Part shown: positions 45,494-56,600 of the stretch, piece by piece
Position numbering within the stretch: position 1 is the first letter of the stretch
Layout of the letters: each line of letters opens with the position of its first letter
From: Candidatus Bathyarchaeota archaeon
GTDB lineage: Archaea; Thermoproteota; Bathyarchaeia; Bathyarchaeales; DTEX01
Assembly (NCBI GenBank): GCA_963714275.1
Contig: CAVQNT010000004.1
Location: forward strand, 32,001 to 96,000
Direction of reading: 5' to 3'
Length of the DNA: 64,000 bases
The notes under the pieces: model-generated
Database searches by the model: none
What the model was told of the DNA's origin: nothing
What the model saw: only the letters and a program-made list of their open reading frames with translations
Position numbers and translations under genes: made by a program

Positions 45494-46954
45494 ATGAACA
45501 TGGCAGCTAACAACGGTCAGACTGAACCTTTTTTAGACGAAACCCGTAAAGCTGCTAAACGTATCTTAGAACATGTTAGAAAAGGAAATACCATTTCAAT
45601 CATTTCCCACATGGACGCAGACGGGATTTCAGACTGCAGGAATCATGGGCGCACTCTCTCAAGGATAAACGCTGTGTATCGGCTCAGGATTGAAAGGTGG
45701 TTTGATGGCAAAGTTGCCGAGTCAATCGCCAAAGAAAAATCGCTTACGATTTTAACTGACTTAGGAAGCGGATACCTAGACGTTTTGAATGAGAAGGCGA
45801 AGGAAAAACCCTTAATCATCCTCGATCACCACCAGCCTATCGGCGAACCTGATAAGGCGTTTTTGCACATTAACCCTCAGCTATTCGGGTTCGATAGCGC
45901 CCGGGACATCAGCGGCGCAGGAATAGCCTATCTTACGGCAAAGGCGATTTCGGAAAAAAACTTGGACCTAGCCTGCGTCGGCATAGTTGGCGCCCTCGGA
46001 GACATGCAGGACAAAAACAAGGAAAGAAGGTTGGGAGGAATTAACCGCCTCGTCGTCGAGGACGCGGTTAAATCGGGCGGTCTGGAGCTCGTGACTGATC
46101 TCCTATTTTTTGGCAGGGAGACCCGTCCCATTCATAAGGCTTTGGCTTACACGACGACTCCCTTCATTCCCGGAATCAGCGGCGAAGAGGACAAAAGCCT
46201 TGATTTCCTCATTGGACAGGGCATCAAACCTAAAATTGGCGAAAAATGGCGCGCGTTAAGGGACCTTTCGCAGGACGAGAAACGCCAGTTGTTCTCGGCT
46301 TTGTCTGACCACCTTGTCTCCAGAGGTCTAAAAAGCGACGTCGCAATGAACCTTCTCGGAATGGTTTATGTTTTAACTCGAGAGGAGCCTTGGACTCCGC
46401 TCCGCGACGCGAGAGAGTTCAGCTTGCTTTTGAACGCTACTGGAAGAACGGGGAAGCCAGGTTTGGGCGTGGCTATCTGCATGGGCGACCGGGGCAAGTG
46501 TTTGGAGGAAGCCAACGTTGCGCTTGACGAGTACAGACAGGCTATCACTGAGATTCTGCGTTGGATTGAGGCTCATCCCGACCGTGTGGAAGAAATGGAC
46601 AGCATATACGTTCTTCATGGCGGGGAATCCGTCGACGAGAAGATGATAAGCGCGGTCTCCACTATTATTATGACGAACATGCCTAACTCGGAAAAGCCCG
46701 TGATTGCCTACGCTGCGGTTCCAAGCGAAAACATTCTCAAGGTTTCAGCTCGCACAGTGGACGCGTTGACTTCAAGGGGGTTTAATATAGGCGAAATCAT
46801 GAGAGAGGCTTCCGAAAAGTTCAGTGGCACAGGCGGAGGACACGACGTCGCAGCCGGCGCACAGGTTCCGATCAAGAACCGTGAAAGTTTCCTGAAGTAC
46901 GTCGACGAGCTCGTGAAAGACAGCTTAAAGAGGCTAACGAAGCATGGAAACTGA
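45494..46954 (+). CDS. DHH/DHHA1 phosphoesterase (RecJ/Cdc45-like) of the rps15 operon
   Basis: SHMDADG, TDLGSG, LDHH, GALGDMQ, GGGHDVAAGA. Confidence 0.92.
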   Translation: MNMAANNGQTEPFLDETRKAAKRILEHVRKGNTISIISHMDADGISDCRNHGRTLSRINAVYRLRIERWFDGKVAESIAKEKSLTILTDLGSGYLDVLNEKAKEKPLIILDHHQPIGEPDKAFLHINPQLFGFDSARDISGAGIAYLTAKAISEKNLDLACVGIVGALGDMQDKNKERRLGGINRLVVEDAVKSGGLELVTDLLFFGRETRPIHKALAYTTTPFIPGISGEEDKSLDFLIGQGIKPKIGEKWRALRDLSQDEKRQLFSALSDHLVSRGLKSDVAMNLLGMVYVLTREEPWTPLRDAREFSLLLNATGRTGKPGLGVAICMGDRGKCLEEANVALDEYRQAITEILRWIEAHPDRVEEMDSIYVLHGGESVDEKMISAVSTIIMTNMPNSEKPVIAYAAVPSENILKVSARTVDALTSRGFNIGEIMREASEKFSGTGGGHDVAAGAQVPIKNRESFLKYVDELVKDSLKRLTKHGN

Positions 46955-47207
46955 GATTAGGCTAGTCTACAAAGATCCGAAGGAGGCAAAAGCAGTCTCC
47001 GAAGCCATCTCGCCAGACAACGTCGAAACGCCGGGTGACCTTTCCATACAAACCTCTTGGACGGAAAAAACGGTTACAACCACAGTCAAATACGACGAAG
47101 ACAACATCATGACCTTCATCTCAACAATCGACGACATACTAAGCTGCGCCTCAGTCGCAGAAAAAGCCTTTATGGCAACAAAGATGATGAAACGCATCTC
47201 TCAGTAA
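46944..47207 (+). CDS. pcc1: KEOPS subunit Pcc1
   Basis: AISPDN...STIDDIL; canonical position after DHH. Confidence 0.8.
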   Translation: METEIRLVYKDPKEAKAVSEAISPDNVETPGDLSIQTSWTEKTVTTTVKYDEDNIMTFISTIDDILSCASVAEKAFMATKMMKRISQ

Positions 47208-47577
47208 CCTTCATTCATTCGCAACCTACGTTGTCTCTCTTTTAGAGAAAAGTTACTAAAAAAATTATAGGTAGTCCGTTTCCCTCCTTTTTTATTATAA
47301 AATATGTCGAGTAATAACTAGAAACATGGTTCTTTTTTCGTAATCATCTTGATTCTAAAAACTCGTATTTACCTGATATTGATAAAATATCAGCTGATTG
47401 CCCGTGATGTTTGATGAAATCCTGATTATTTAGAGGAAATTAATTGTATGCTAAACCTTTTTATATAGGGCTCCGGTTAGTTGAGTTATCACATTAATTT
47501 ATGCTTGAATCACAAAAGCCTTTTGAAGGCTTTTAAAATTACATGCAAAATTTTTGTGATAGGAGAAATAAGAAAAT

Positions 47578-48845
47578 ATGCAGATACAATGCTTTGAAGA
47601 TTTACCGTTAAGTTCGGAGGTTATGAAAGGTATTGAAGAACTTGGATTCACAGACCTTTTCCCAATTCAGACTCAAGCAATAATTCCATTACTTGAAGGC
47701 AAAGACGTTATCGGGCAGGCACAGACCGGAACAGGCAAGACTGCTGCTTTCGGAGTTCCGATGGTCGAACGTATAAATCCAAAAATTAACAATGTTCAAG
47801 GCTTAATCTTAGAGCCGACACGTGAACTCGCAATACAAATTGCAGAACAGATAAGCAAATTTGGCAAATATGCTACATTAAAGGTCTTACCAGTTTATGG
47901 TGGAGAATCCATTCGAAAACAAATCTGGACATTGAAAGAAGGCGTTCACATTGTTGTTGGTACGCCAGGTCGCATAATAGACCTGCTTAAAAGAGGAATA
48001 TTGAATCTGGCGTCGGTGAAGACTGTTGTTCTCGACGAAGCTGACAGAATGCTTGATATGGGGTTCATAGATGACATAGAATACATACTTTCAAAGGTGC
48101 CTGAAAACAGGCAGACAAGCCTCTTCTCAGCAACAATTGACCAGTCAGTAATGAGAGTATGCGACAGATACATGAAGAGACCAGAAAAAATACTTGTAAG
48201 CAAAGACGAAATAGCCCTTACACAGATAACCCAGTATTACATGGTTATAAACTCAGAGTAGAAAATTTGAAAATTTATGTAACATTTTAGATGAAAATCA
48301 CATAGAACGAGCCATTATTTTCTGCAGAACGCGCAGAGGCACAAACATGGTTGGCAGATAGTCTAAGAGCTAAAGGATACGATGCAGAACCATTACATGG
48401 CGGCTTCACTCAACCGCAAAGAGACTTCGTTGTCAACTCATTCAGAAAAGGAAAACTGAAACTGCTTGTTGCAACTGATGTTGCTGCAAGAGGCTTGGAC
48501 ATTCAAGGAATTACTCACATAATAAACTATGATATCCCCCTAGAAGCATTAGTCTATTTCCATAGAATCGGACGAACAGCCAGAATGGGAAGCGACGGAA
48601 CAGCCATAACGCTCGTGGGCTACGGAGAAATGGATAAATTAAACCAGATAAGAGCTTTAACAAAAACTGCAATAGAAGAAATAGAAAATCCAAAATCCCA
48701 AGAGATGCATAAAGCAGTCTGTTCTGATTGTGGTAATAAATGTGAGGTTCCCTTCAAACCCAATCCTAGCAGGTCAGTTTATTGCCAAAATTGTTGGGAA
48801 AAGAGAAAACCACAAAGACTAAACGGATACATAAATGTAATCTAG
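47578..48845 (+). CDS. DEAD-box RNA helicase with C-terminal CxxC-x17-CxxC zinc domain (frameshifts near 48260 and 48350)
   Basis: AQTGTGKT, PTRELA, DEAD, SAT, ARGLD, HRIGRTAR; tail CSDC..CEVPFKP...VYCQNC. Confidence 0.92.
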
Positions 48846-48988
48846 GTAACATCAATTGTTATTGGCAAGGCTCTAAAAAACATTATTACGTTTAAAATTT
48901 TTTGTAAACATGAAATTGTTTCTTGGAAACCTGTCTGTTGCCAAGTAGGTGTGGAATCATCACGTGTAAGCATGACCTGCCATTATTA

Positions 48989-49695
48989 CTAATCAGACTG
49001 CTCCATCTCAATGTTGTTTGCAGTTGAATTCACAACATTGATTTTCCCATGTTTGCCGATTCTTAACTGGCGTTCACCTCTAAACCAAGCAACATGCGCA
49101 TTCTCGATTTGAACAACGTCGTGAAGAGCTAACTCCTTCCATTTGAGCCTCCAAATAGACTTAGGTTAATAGTTCCTGTTTCGTCGGAAATTAGGGCATT
49201 TGATAAGTTAGCGTAGAAGCCAGAACTCGTTGCAATATGTATTGGCTTCGATACTTTGAGGACTCGCGCAATTATGTTAAGACGTCTCATTCCAGCCCTT
49301 AAATTTCCAATCTTATGGCTTTTGGATTTAGCCTCTTGCGATTGGGTCATTATAGCCGACTGCCTACAAACAATTTCCTTTAGCGTACTTGTTTTTTCGC
49401 GAAGAAGGTGTTCAGAAATATGAAATTGTCCGACAACTTCCCAGCCTTCGGTTATGAGAAAGATTGCGTAGTCCTTTTCTCTCGACCGACATTCAATTGT
49501 TAGTTTTCCGCACTCAGTTTTCTGATGTTGATATGCACTGAAAAAACTATCAATAAATTTTTCTGGAATAACATTGTATTTCATTGTAACCTTGGCAAGA
49601 TACTCCAAAATCTGAAAATCTACTTGGGCAAGACTCCCTTCGTTCGGTCGCCCTCGCCTACCCTCATATTCATATAACATTTTTCCTTCTTCCAT
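48989..49695 (-). CDS. OB-fold ssDNA-binding-like protein with N-terminal extension (frameshift near 49150)
   Basis: KIGNLRAGM..LNIIARVL, ISDETGTINLSL, GERQLRIGKHG. Confidence 0.75.
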
Positions 49696-49802
49696 TATTG
49701 CCGTGTTAAGTTTATTTCGATCGTTGCTGATTTAGGTGCTTGGATTCATATGGCACTCATGTCAGACAAGCAGAAAGAATAGACTCTTTCAAATTTTACA
49801 TT

Positions 49803-50108
49803 TTAAGTCTTAAGGAACCCCTTGCTTCTCAGTAAATCTGTTTGGTTTTTTTTGTATCGCCAACAAATATCGCCTCGTATGTCAGATTGGATGTCCCACG
49901 GAGAAACTAAAACAATGTCTCCTAAACGAATCCAAGCTCGTCTCTTCATTTTCCCCCGAATTCGGCAGAGGCGCTCATGGCCATCTTGGCATTTTACCAT
50001 GATTCGGTCAAAACCGAGGAATTTAACAGCTACTCCTAATATATCGTTAGCAACTGGCAATTGTATGTTATTTATGTCGTCTTCGCTGACAATTTTTCGT
50101 TTACCCAT
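49803..50108 (-). CDS. eif1a: Translation initiation factor aIF-1A
   Basis: CQDGHERLCRIRGKMKRRAWIRLGDIVLVSPWD. Confidence 0.93.
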   Translation of the reverse strand: MGKRKIVSEDDINNIQLPVANDILGVAVKFLGFDRIMVKCQDGHERLCRIRGKMKRRAWIRLGDIVLVSPWDIQSDIRGDICWRYKKNQTDLLRSKGFLKT

Positions 50109-50688
50109 TTTCCTCACCTATCTTTCTTTTGTTATCTGTTTGTTGTCCATGTATGTTTTCTTACCAGTTTTTTTCTTCAATGTGCAATGAAATCTTACAG
50201 ATGATCGACATTTTCTGCAGTTAGTAACGAAACCCGTTCTTAGACTACACACTCTCTTTTACCTCTTTACATGCTTTGAAAAGACCCAGTTATTCAATAG
50301 GACAAGCCTAAAGTATAAGAGAAAACTTTTCAAATATAGTAGTGCTTCCACTCTTATAAAGACATAGAAAAAACCATTCAAAAAAAATCCCAATAAAAGA
50401 GGTTTTAAAAGAGCTTAATGTTACAAAGGATCGCTGTACAACGAGTATTTTGACAAAGTTCAAAAAAGATCTGCGTAAATGGTAACAGTTCGAAAAAGAC
50501 GCTGAAAGCTTTAAAATCCAAACAAAAAGGTTTTTTCAGCCTCTGGCACCGGACTCCGACGGAAAAACTTCAGCACGGTCGCAAATCTCCCTCTTTTTTT
50601 CTGTTGAACCTGTTTCGTTTAGTTAACTGAGCTAAACCAAGACATGTTCCCAGTTAGAAATAAAGGAAAATAAGATAGACATTTGTCG

Positions 50689-51606
50689 TCAATCAATTTC
50701 TAGCATTCTATCAACAACTTTTTTGGCCCTTAGTCGAACGTCTTGGGGGACTTTGATTTCATGTTTCATGTCCTGTAGTGACCACAGCACTTTTTCTAAT
50801 GTAGTTAACTTCATGTTAGGGCATATCGCGGACTCTGAAGCAGGATAAAATGTTTTGTCGGGGTTCTCTTTTCGCAACTTGTGTAGTATCCCGACTTCTG
50901 TACCTACAATTATTTCATAAACTTTTGATTCTTGGGCATACCTGCACATTCCTCCGGTTGAAAGCACCTCATCTGCCAAAGCAATAACTGGTGGCGTACA
51001 TTCCGGATGGACTATCACTTCGGCTTCTGGATGTAGCTTCTTTTGCTTTAGAATGTGTTCTGGTAAAATCTTAACATGTGTTGGGCAGAATCCGTTCCAA
51101 GGAATGATTTTCTTTTCAGTTTTGGTGGACACATAATGCGCCAGATATTTATCGGGAACGAAGATGACTTCAGGTTTACGTATTGACTCTACCACTTTCA
51201 CCGCGTTGGAAGAGGTGCAGCAGATATCGCTTTCTGCCTTAACAGCTGCGGCTGTGTTAATGTAGCAGACCACCGTTGCTTCTGGGTGTTTGTCCTTTAA
51301 AGCGTGAAGTGCTTCTGCTGTGATCATGTTAGCCATCGGACATCCAGCTCTTACCTCTGGCATCAACACAGTTTTTTCTGGGCATAGGATGGAAGCCGTC
51401 TCAGCCATAAAGTGTACACCACAGAACACAATCACTTCTGCATCACTTCTAGCAGCATTTTGACTCAAACCCAAAGAATCCCCTACATAGTCAGCAATGT
51501 CCTGGACTTCACCTATCTGGTAATTGTGGGCTAGGATAATCGCATTTCTCTGCTTCTTGAGCTCACTAATTTTATTTACTAGCGACGAGGGCTTTAGATT
51601 CTCCAA
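50689..51606 (-). CDS. nadA: Quinolinate synthase
   Basis: ILAHNYQ, GDSLGL, FCGVHFMAE, AGCPMA, GFCPTH, VHPEC, CPNMK. Confidence 0.96.
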   Translation of the reverse strand: MENLKPSSLVNKISELKKQRNAIILAHNYQIGEVQDIADYVGDSLGLSQNAARSDAEVIVFCGVHFMAETASILCPEKTVLMPEVRAGCPMANMITAEALHALKDKHPEATVVCYINTAAAVKAESDICCTSSNAVKVVESIRKPEVIFVPDKYLAHYVSTKTEKKIIPWNGFCPTHVKILPEHILKQKKLHPEAEVIVHPECTPPVIALADEVLSTGGMCRYAQESKVYEIIVGTEVGILHKLRKENPDKTFYPASESAICPNMKLTTLEKVLWSLQDMKHEIKVPQDVRLRAKKVVDRMLEID

Positions 51607-51656
51607 ATACAAACATCCCCAACATCTACCATATATCACGGGATAGATTTCAAAAG

Positions 51657-51812
51657 CTATTTGCAGGATGTTTTTTTCTGAATCTTTCTTTCAAATTGGT
51701 CAGCATGTTGTTTACAGCAGAAGTAGTATTCTTCCCCGTCGATAACTCTCTTACACTCAGCGAATAAACATTTCTCGTTAGAGAATTCAGCGTTGCATAC
51801 TTCACATTTCAT
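51657..51812 (-). CDS. TRASH/YHS-like Cys-rich micro-protein (51 aa, below the ORF cutoff)
   Basis: MKCEVCNAEFSNEKCLFAECKRVIDGEEYYFCCKQHADQFERKIQKKTSCK*; starts 5 nt after the iscU stop. Confidence 0.8.
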   Translation of the reverse strand: MKCEVCNAEFSNEKCLFAECKRVIDGEEYYFCCKQHADQFERKIQKKTSCK

Positions 51813-51817
51813 GAATT

Positions 51818-52198
51818 TCATTTTTTGATCTCCTCTTTCTTTTTGAGATAGTCTTTTATAGCTTCACGCAGGCCGTCAGCAGCTAGGTTTGAGCAGTGCA
51901 TCTTTATTGGAGGCAATCCTCCTAGATTTTCAGCTACGTCTGCCCTCGTTATTTTCATGGATTCTTCAAGCGTTTTGCCCTTTGCCAGCTCCGTTATCAT
52001 GCTGCTTGTTGCTATGGCGGCCCCACAGCCAAAAGTTTTAAACTTAACATCCTCTATTCGATCGTCCTTTACCTTTATGTAGATGGTCATCAAGTCTCCA
52101 CAAACTGGGTTGCCCACGGTTCCAACGCCGTCCGCATCTGCAATCTCACCCATGTTACGTGGATTCCTGAAGTGATCCATAACCTTCTCGCTATACAT
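51818..52198 (-). CDS. iscU: Fe-S scaffold IscU/MisU
   Basis: DHFRNPRN, GNPVCGD, TFGCGAAIA, LPPIKMHCS. Confidence 0.95.
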   Translation of the reverse strand: MYSEKVMDHFRNPRNMGEIADADGVGTVGNPVCGDLMTIYIKVKDDRIEDVKFKTFGCGAAIATSSMITELAKGKTLEESMKITRADVAENLGGLPPIKMHCSNLAADGLREAIKDYLKKKEEIKK

Positions 52199-53376
52199 TA
52201 CATTATCAACTCCTTAGGGGTTAATGGAGACATCTTCCTCAACCTTTTAACTATTCCTGGTAGTAAGCCGCATACGTAGTTCACGTCTTCTTCATTGTTT
52301 TGCTTTCCTAAAGTGAAGAGTAAGCGAACCATGCGCTTCCTCGTGTTTTAAGCCTATAGCCAATAGAACGTGAGACGGTTCCAAAGTTTTAGAGGTGCAT
52401 GCCGATCCGGAGGAACAGGCAACGCCTTCCATGTCCAGACTTAAAATTATAGATTCGCCTTCAATATAGCTGAATCTAACATTGACATTATTTGGCAACC
52501 TTTTAGTCGGATGCCCATTCAGATAGGATTCGGGTATACTGTTTAAAGTTCCTTTAATTAAGCCGTCTCTTAATTCCGTCAATCTTTGGATTTCAGTCTT
52601 CATTTCAGCTTTAGCAATCTCCGCTGCCTCTCCCATGCCTACTATTCCTGGTAGGTTCTCAGTTCCGGACCGTAAGCCGCGTTCCTGTCCTCCACCATGC
52701 ATTATCGGTTGAATTCGAGTTCCAGCCTTAATATATAGGGCGCCGACTCCCCTAGGGCCATACATGTCATTTGAGGAAAGAGAAAGCAAGTCTATGTTCT
52801 CTTCTTGGACATTGATCGGTATCTGACCTGCAGCAGCAACGGCATCCACATGTAAAATATGCGCCTTTATCATGGACGATTTCTCCAATCTCTTTTATTG
52901 GTTCGATCGTTCCAATCTCGCCATTCGCGTACATTATGGAGACTAGAATCGTTTTGTCCTGTGATCTCCCTTTCCAAGACTCGAACGTCCACTATTCCAT
53001 ATTTATCAACTGGAAGAAATGTTACCTCGAAACCTTGCTTACTGAGATCTTTGCACGTGTTTATTACGGACATATGCTCAATAGAACTGGTGATAATGTG
53101 GTTTCCTTTGGACTTGTTTCTATAAGCTAGACCTTCTATGGCTAAGTTGTTGCTTTCCGTGCCACCAGAAGTAAATATGACCTCATCCTCTTTCTCAGCT
53201 CCAATTAATCCTGCAACCTTACCGCGAGCTTCGCCAATTGCATTTCTCGCCTCATTACCAAAAGAATGAACAGATGAAGGGTTGCCATAATTTCGAGTGA
53301 AATACGGCCTCATAGTTTCAAGAACATGTTCATCAACGGGCATTCCAGCCGCATGATCCATATAAACTCTTCGCAT
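52198..53376 (-). CDS. iscS: Cysteine desulfurase IscS/MisS copy 1 (frameshifted)
   Basis: [40 protein letters not shown]; the PLP-lysine motif reads SSNDMYGP rather than SxHKxYGP. Confidence 0.88.
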
Positions 53377-53398
53377 TACCGAATAACTCCTTTCAAAG

Positions 53399-53767
53399 TC
53401 AGAAACTTAGAACAGCATCCGCGTCCAAGATTCTGTCATTAAGAGTTGCTGCACCCACTACTTTGGCCTTCTCTACGAAATCTCCTCTTTTCAATCCGAG
53501 AAGCATGCAGCTCTGTTCACAGACCTCAAGCTTTACCCCCGCCTTCACTGCTTGATCCATTATCTGCTTTAAGGATGGAAAATCTCCCATCTTGATTTTT
53601 TCCGCTTCTCCCTGTTTGACAATGGTAACCCCTTTTATAAGAAAGTATATAGTAGCGTCTATTCCCATTGCTACGGCCGTGGTTGCCAGGATAAAGGGCG
53701 CGTAAGTACGCTCTGGAGTGTCTACACCACTTGTTACGACATATAATATCTTCTTTTTCTCACTCAA
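53399..53767 (-). CDS. DsrE family protein
   Basis: PERTYAPF..A..A.AM, AGVKLEVCEQS, VGAAT. Confidence 0.85.
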   Translation of the reverse strand: MSEKKKILYVVTSGVDTPERTYAPFILATTAVAMGIDATIYFLIKGVTIVKQGEAEKIKMGDFPSLKQIMDQAVKAGVKLEVCEQSCMLLGLKRGDFVEKAKVVGAATLNDRILDADAVLSF

Positions 53768-54020
53768 CTACTTTCACCTTTCCAACTTTTCTGATGAGAA
53801 ATCGTAGGACTTCGCCTTCTCTACTTATTTTCAGTACTTCATGCCCAATTTGCTTAATCAGACTCTTTATGTCTTCCTCTGCTGCCGGATCATCAGCGAC
53901 CACTTCTAGAACCTCTCCTGCAGCCATTCTATCTAGTTCCACACGAGTTCTAAAGACAGGCTCTGGGCAATAAAGTCCGATACAGTCCAGAGCTCGGTCG
54001 GGATTAATGTCTGGAGACAG
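53760..54020 (-). CDS. tusA: TusA/SirA sulfur carrier
   Basis: LDCIGLYCPEP, LEVVADDPAAEEDI; start codon uncertain. Confidence 0.88.
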   Translation of the reverse strand: MSPDINPDRALDCIGLYCPEPVFRTRVELDRMAAGEVLEVVADDPAAEEDIKSLIKQIGHEVLKISREGEVLRFLIRKVGKVKVVE

Positions 54021-54076
54021 TTTAGATCGCCATAAATAAATATAACGTCGTTATATTTATGCTTTTCTTGGGATTC

Positions 54077-54288
54077 TTATAAATCTTTGTTGATCACGAT
54101 TCTTTCAGGATTCGCATATATGTTGAATCGCCTTCCTCTAGCGAGAACCCAATTAGCGTCAAACCAGTTATCTCTGCTATTTAGTAGCTTAGCTTCCCGA
54201 ATAGAAGCCCACACGCTTCGATTGGATATTTCTCTCTTGTCTCTTTTTCAGGCAAACTTTTCTACTTTCTAGCTAAACTTATGGTCAT
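54077..54288 (-). pseudogene. Chimeric remnant: JAMM/Mov34 protease N-terminus joined to FdhD C-terminus
   Basis: TREKYPIEACGLLFGK* followed by IAEITGLTLIGF / ARGRRFNIYANPERIV. Confidence 0.7.
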
Positions 54289-54302
54289 AGGTTATCTTCA
54301 AT

Positions 54303-55392
54303 CTATTCTACTAATGAACGAGAAATCTTCAATTCGTCAATTATTATCTCACTGTAAAATTTATAGGCCTCTATGTCGCTTTTTGCGCCTTCAATTATCA
54401 TTATGCCGCTCCTTAATACGCTAGCCACCTTATCTAACCGGTTGTGAAATGTTACGCCAAGTTTAGCCTTAACTCTGATTTCAAAACCATTGTTTTTAAG
54501 GGCGTTGTGTAATTCATTTATATTCAGTTCGAGATTTCTATTCGGCGCGATGACGAAGACCCTTTTTCCTTCTCTTCCACAGAGTTCAGAAACCAGTTTT
54601 TGCTCAAGTTGCATCGGAGCATTAGATGGTTTTGAGCGTACACACTGGACAATTCCCAGCTTTTGAGATTTCTATCTTCTCAAACTCTAGGTTTCCGATG
54701 TCGCAGTGAAGTATCTTGTTCGCTAGAAGAGGCTTCTCTCCGAGAATGATCCTTATAGCTTCGGATACCTCAACGCTGGCTATGATGCTCAATATCGATG
54801 GGTGGACACCAACAATAGCACATTTTGGTAGCATGTCATCGTTGAGATTTCCCTGAAAACACTCTAAGCATGGAGTCTTACTAGGTATTATTGTGGATAC
54901 GTTGCCAAATGTCATGATTGCAGCTGCAAAAACATATGGCACCCTGAGTTTTTGGCATGCTCTGTTCAAAATGTAGCGTGGTGTCATTCGGTCCAAGCCG
55001 TCAACTATGATATCCATGCCTTTAACAAGGTCTTCAGCGTTGTCTTTGTTCAAGGCTAAAGGCAAGGGTTCAATTTCTATGCTGGGGTTCAATTCATGTA
55101 GTCTTTCAGCCGCAACTTCAACCTTTGGATATCCCAAAAAGTTTACACTGTAGAGGTGTTACCTCTGTAGGTTTGAGAGTTCGACAACATCATAGTCAAC
55201 GAGACGGAGATGACCCACACCTATAGCAGTCAACTGTAACGCTGCTGGAGAACCAAGACCTCCTAAGCCAACTATGCAGACTTTAGCATTCCTGAGTCTC
55301 AATTGCCCTTTATAGCCAATTTCTGGAAGAACTATCTGACGTGAATAGAACTTCAGTTCCTCATCTGAAAGATCTTTATCGCTTTTAGGCAT
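54303..55392 (-). CDS. ThiF/MoeB/HesA E1-like adenylyltransferase (frameshifts near 55160 and 54630)
   Basis: [39 protein letters not shown]-terminal extension. Confidence 0.9.
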
Positions 55393-55425
55393 AAATCACA
55401 TTTCCACTTATTTTGCATCATTCTG

Positions 55426-56594
55426 TTATTGAACGTTCTTACCTAAGGGTGATATTTCTCTTAGTTTTTCAACAGTCTCTAGGCAAAACTTCTAGGATGT
55501 AGTCAACATCTTCCTCTATGTTGTACTTTCCCAAGGATAGCCTAAGGCTTCCACGGGCTTCTTCAGGACTCAAACCTAAGGCTAACAGCACATGGCTTGG
55601 CTCTTGGGATCTTGATGAACAAGCTGAGCCTGTAGCGGCTGCGATACCTTCATCGTTCAGTAAAAGAAGCAAAGATTCGCCTTCGATGTAAGAGAACCTG
55701 AAGTTAGTTATATTGGGCAACCTCTTGGTTGGGTGGCCGTTGAGGTAGGTTTCTTCAATCTCTATAGCACCTTTTACAATACGGTTTCTTAACTCGTTTG
55801 TCTTTTTAGCCTCTGAGTTCATCTCCTCTTTTCTGAGTTCAACAGCTTTAGCGAAGCCTATTATGCCTAGGACATTTTCTGTACTGGACCTTAAGCCGAA
55901 CTCGTGGCCTCCTCCATGTAACAGTGGCTCAATCTTTGTTGCTTCTTTACTTAAGAAGAGGGCTCCTACTCCTTTTGGTCCATAGATCTTATGGGCGTTT
56001 GCGGTCATAAAATCGAGGTTCATCTCCTTGACATCCATAGGAATCTTTCCGAAGCTTTGGGCGGCGTCTGTGTGAAAGTAGGCATCGTACTCATGGCACA
56101 ATTTTCCGATCTCTTTTACTGGTTGAGTGGTGCCGATCTCGTTGTTGGCATGTATAATCGAAACCAGAGAAACGCCACTTCTCAGAGCATTTGTTAGCGT
56201 TCCCATATCTAGTAAGCCGTATCTGTCTACAGGTATTTGAGTTATCTTGAATCCTTGTCCTTCCAACCACTTGGCTGAGTTTAAAATTGAATCATGTTCT
56301 ATGGTGGAGATTGCTATGTGAGCTTTCTGCTTTCCCTCTTTGAAGGCAAATCCCTTTAAGACTAGGTTATTAGCTTCTGTTGCGCTTCCTGTGAAGATCA
56401 ATTCCTCTTGTTCAGCGTTCATCAATCCTGCCACAATTTTCCTAGCGTCTTCGACAGCTCTGTCTGGCCTCTAATCCGAACGTGTTTATAGAGGACGCGT
56501 TGCCATAGACTTCAGTAAAATACGGTTTCATGGCTTCAAGAACTCTCGGGTCTAAGGGTGTTGTGGCAGCGTAATCCACATATACTCTTTTCAC
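55426..56594 (-). CDS. iscS: Cysteine desulfurase IscS-like copy 2 (frameshifted)
   Basis: [42 protein letters not shown]. Confidence 0.92.
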
Positions 56595-56600
56595 GATCCA

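Noticed and set aside
50541-50590. GC-rich patch ending GTCCGGTGCCA on the - strand as a tRNA or att site
   Set aside because: No cloverleaf or T-loop and no second copy or integrase in the window.
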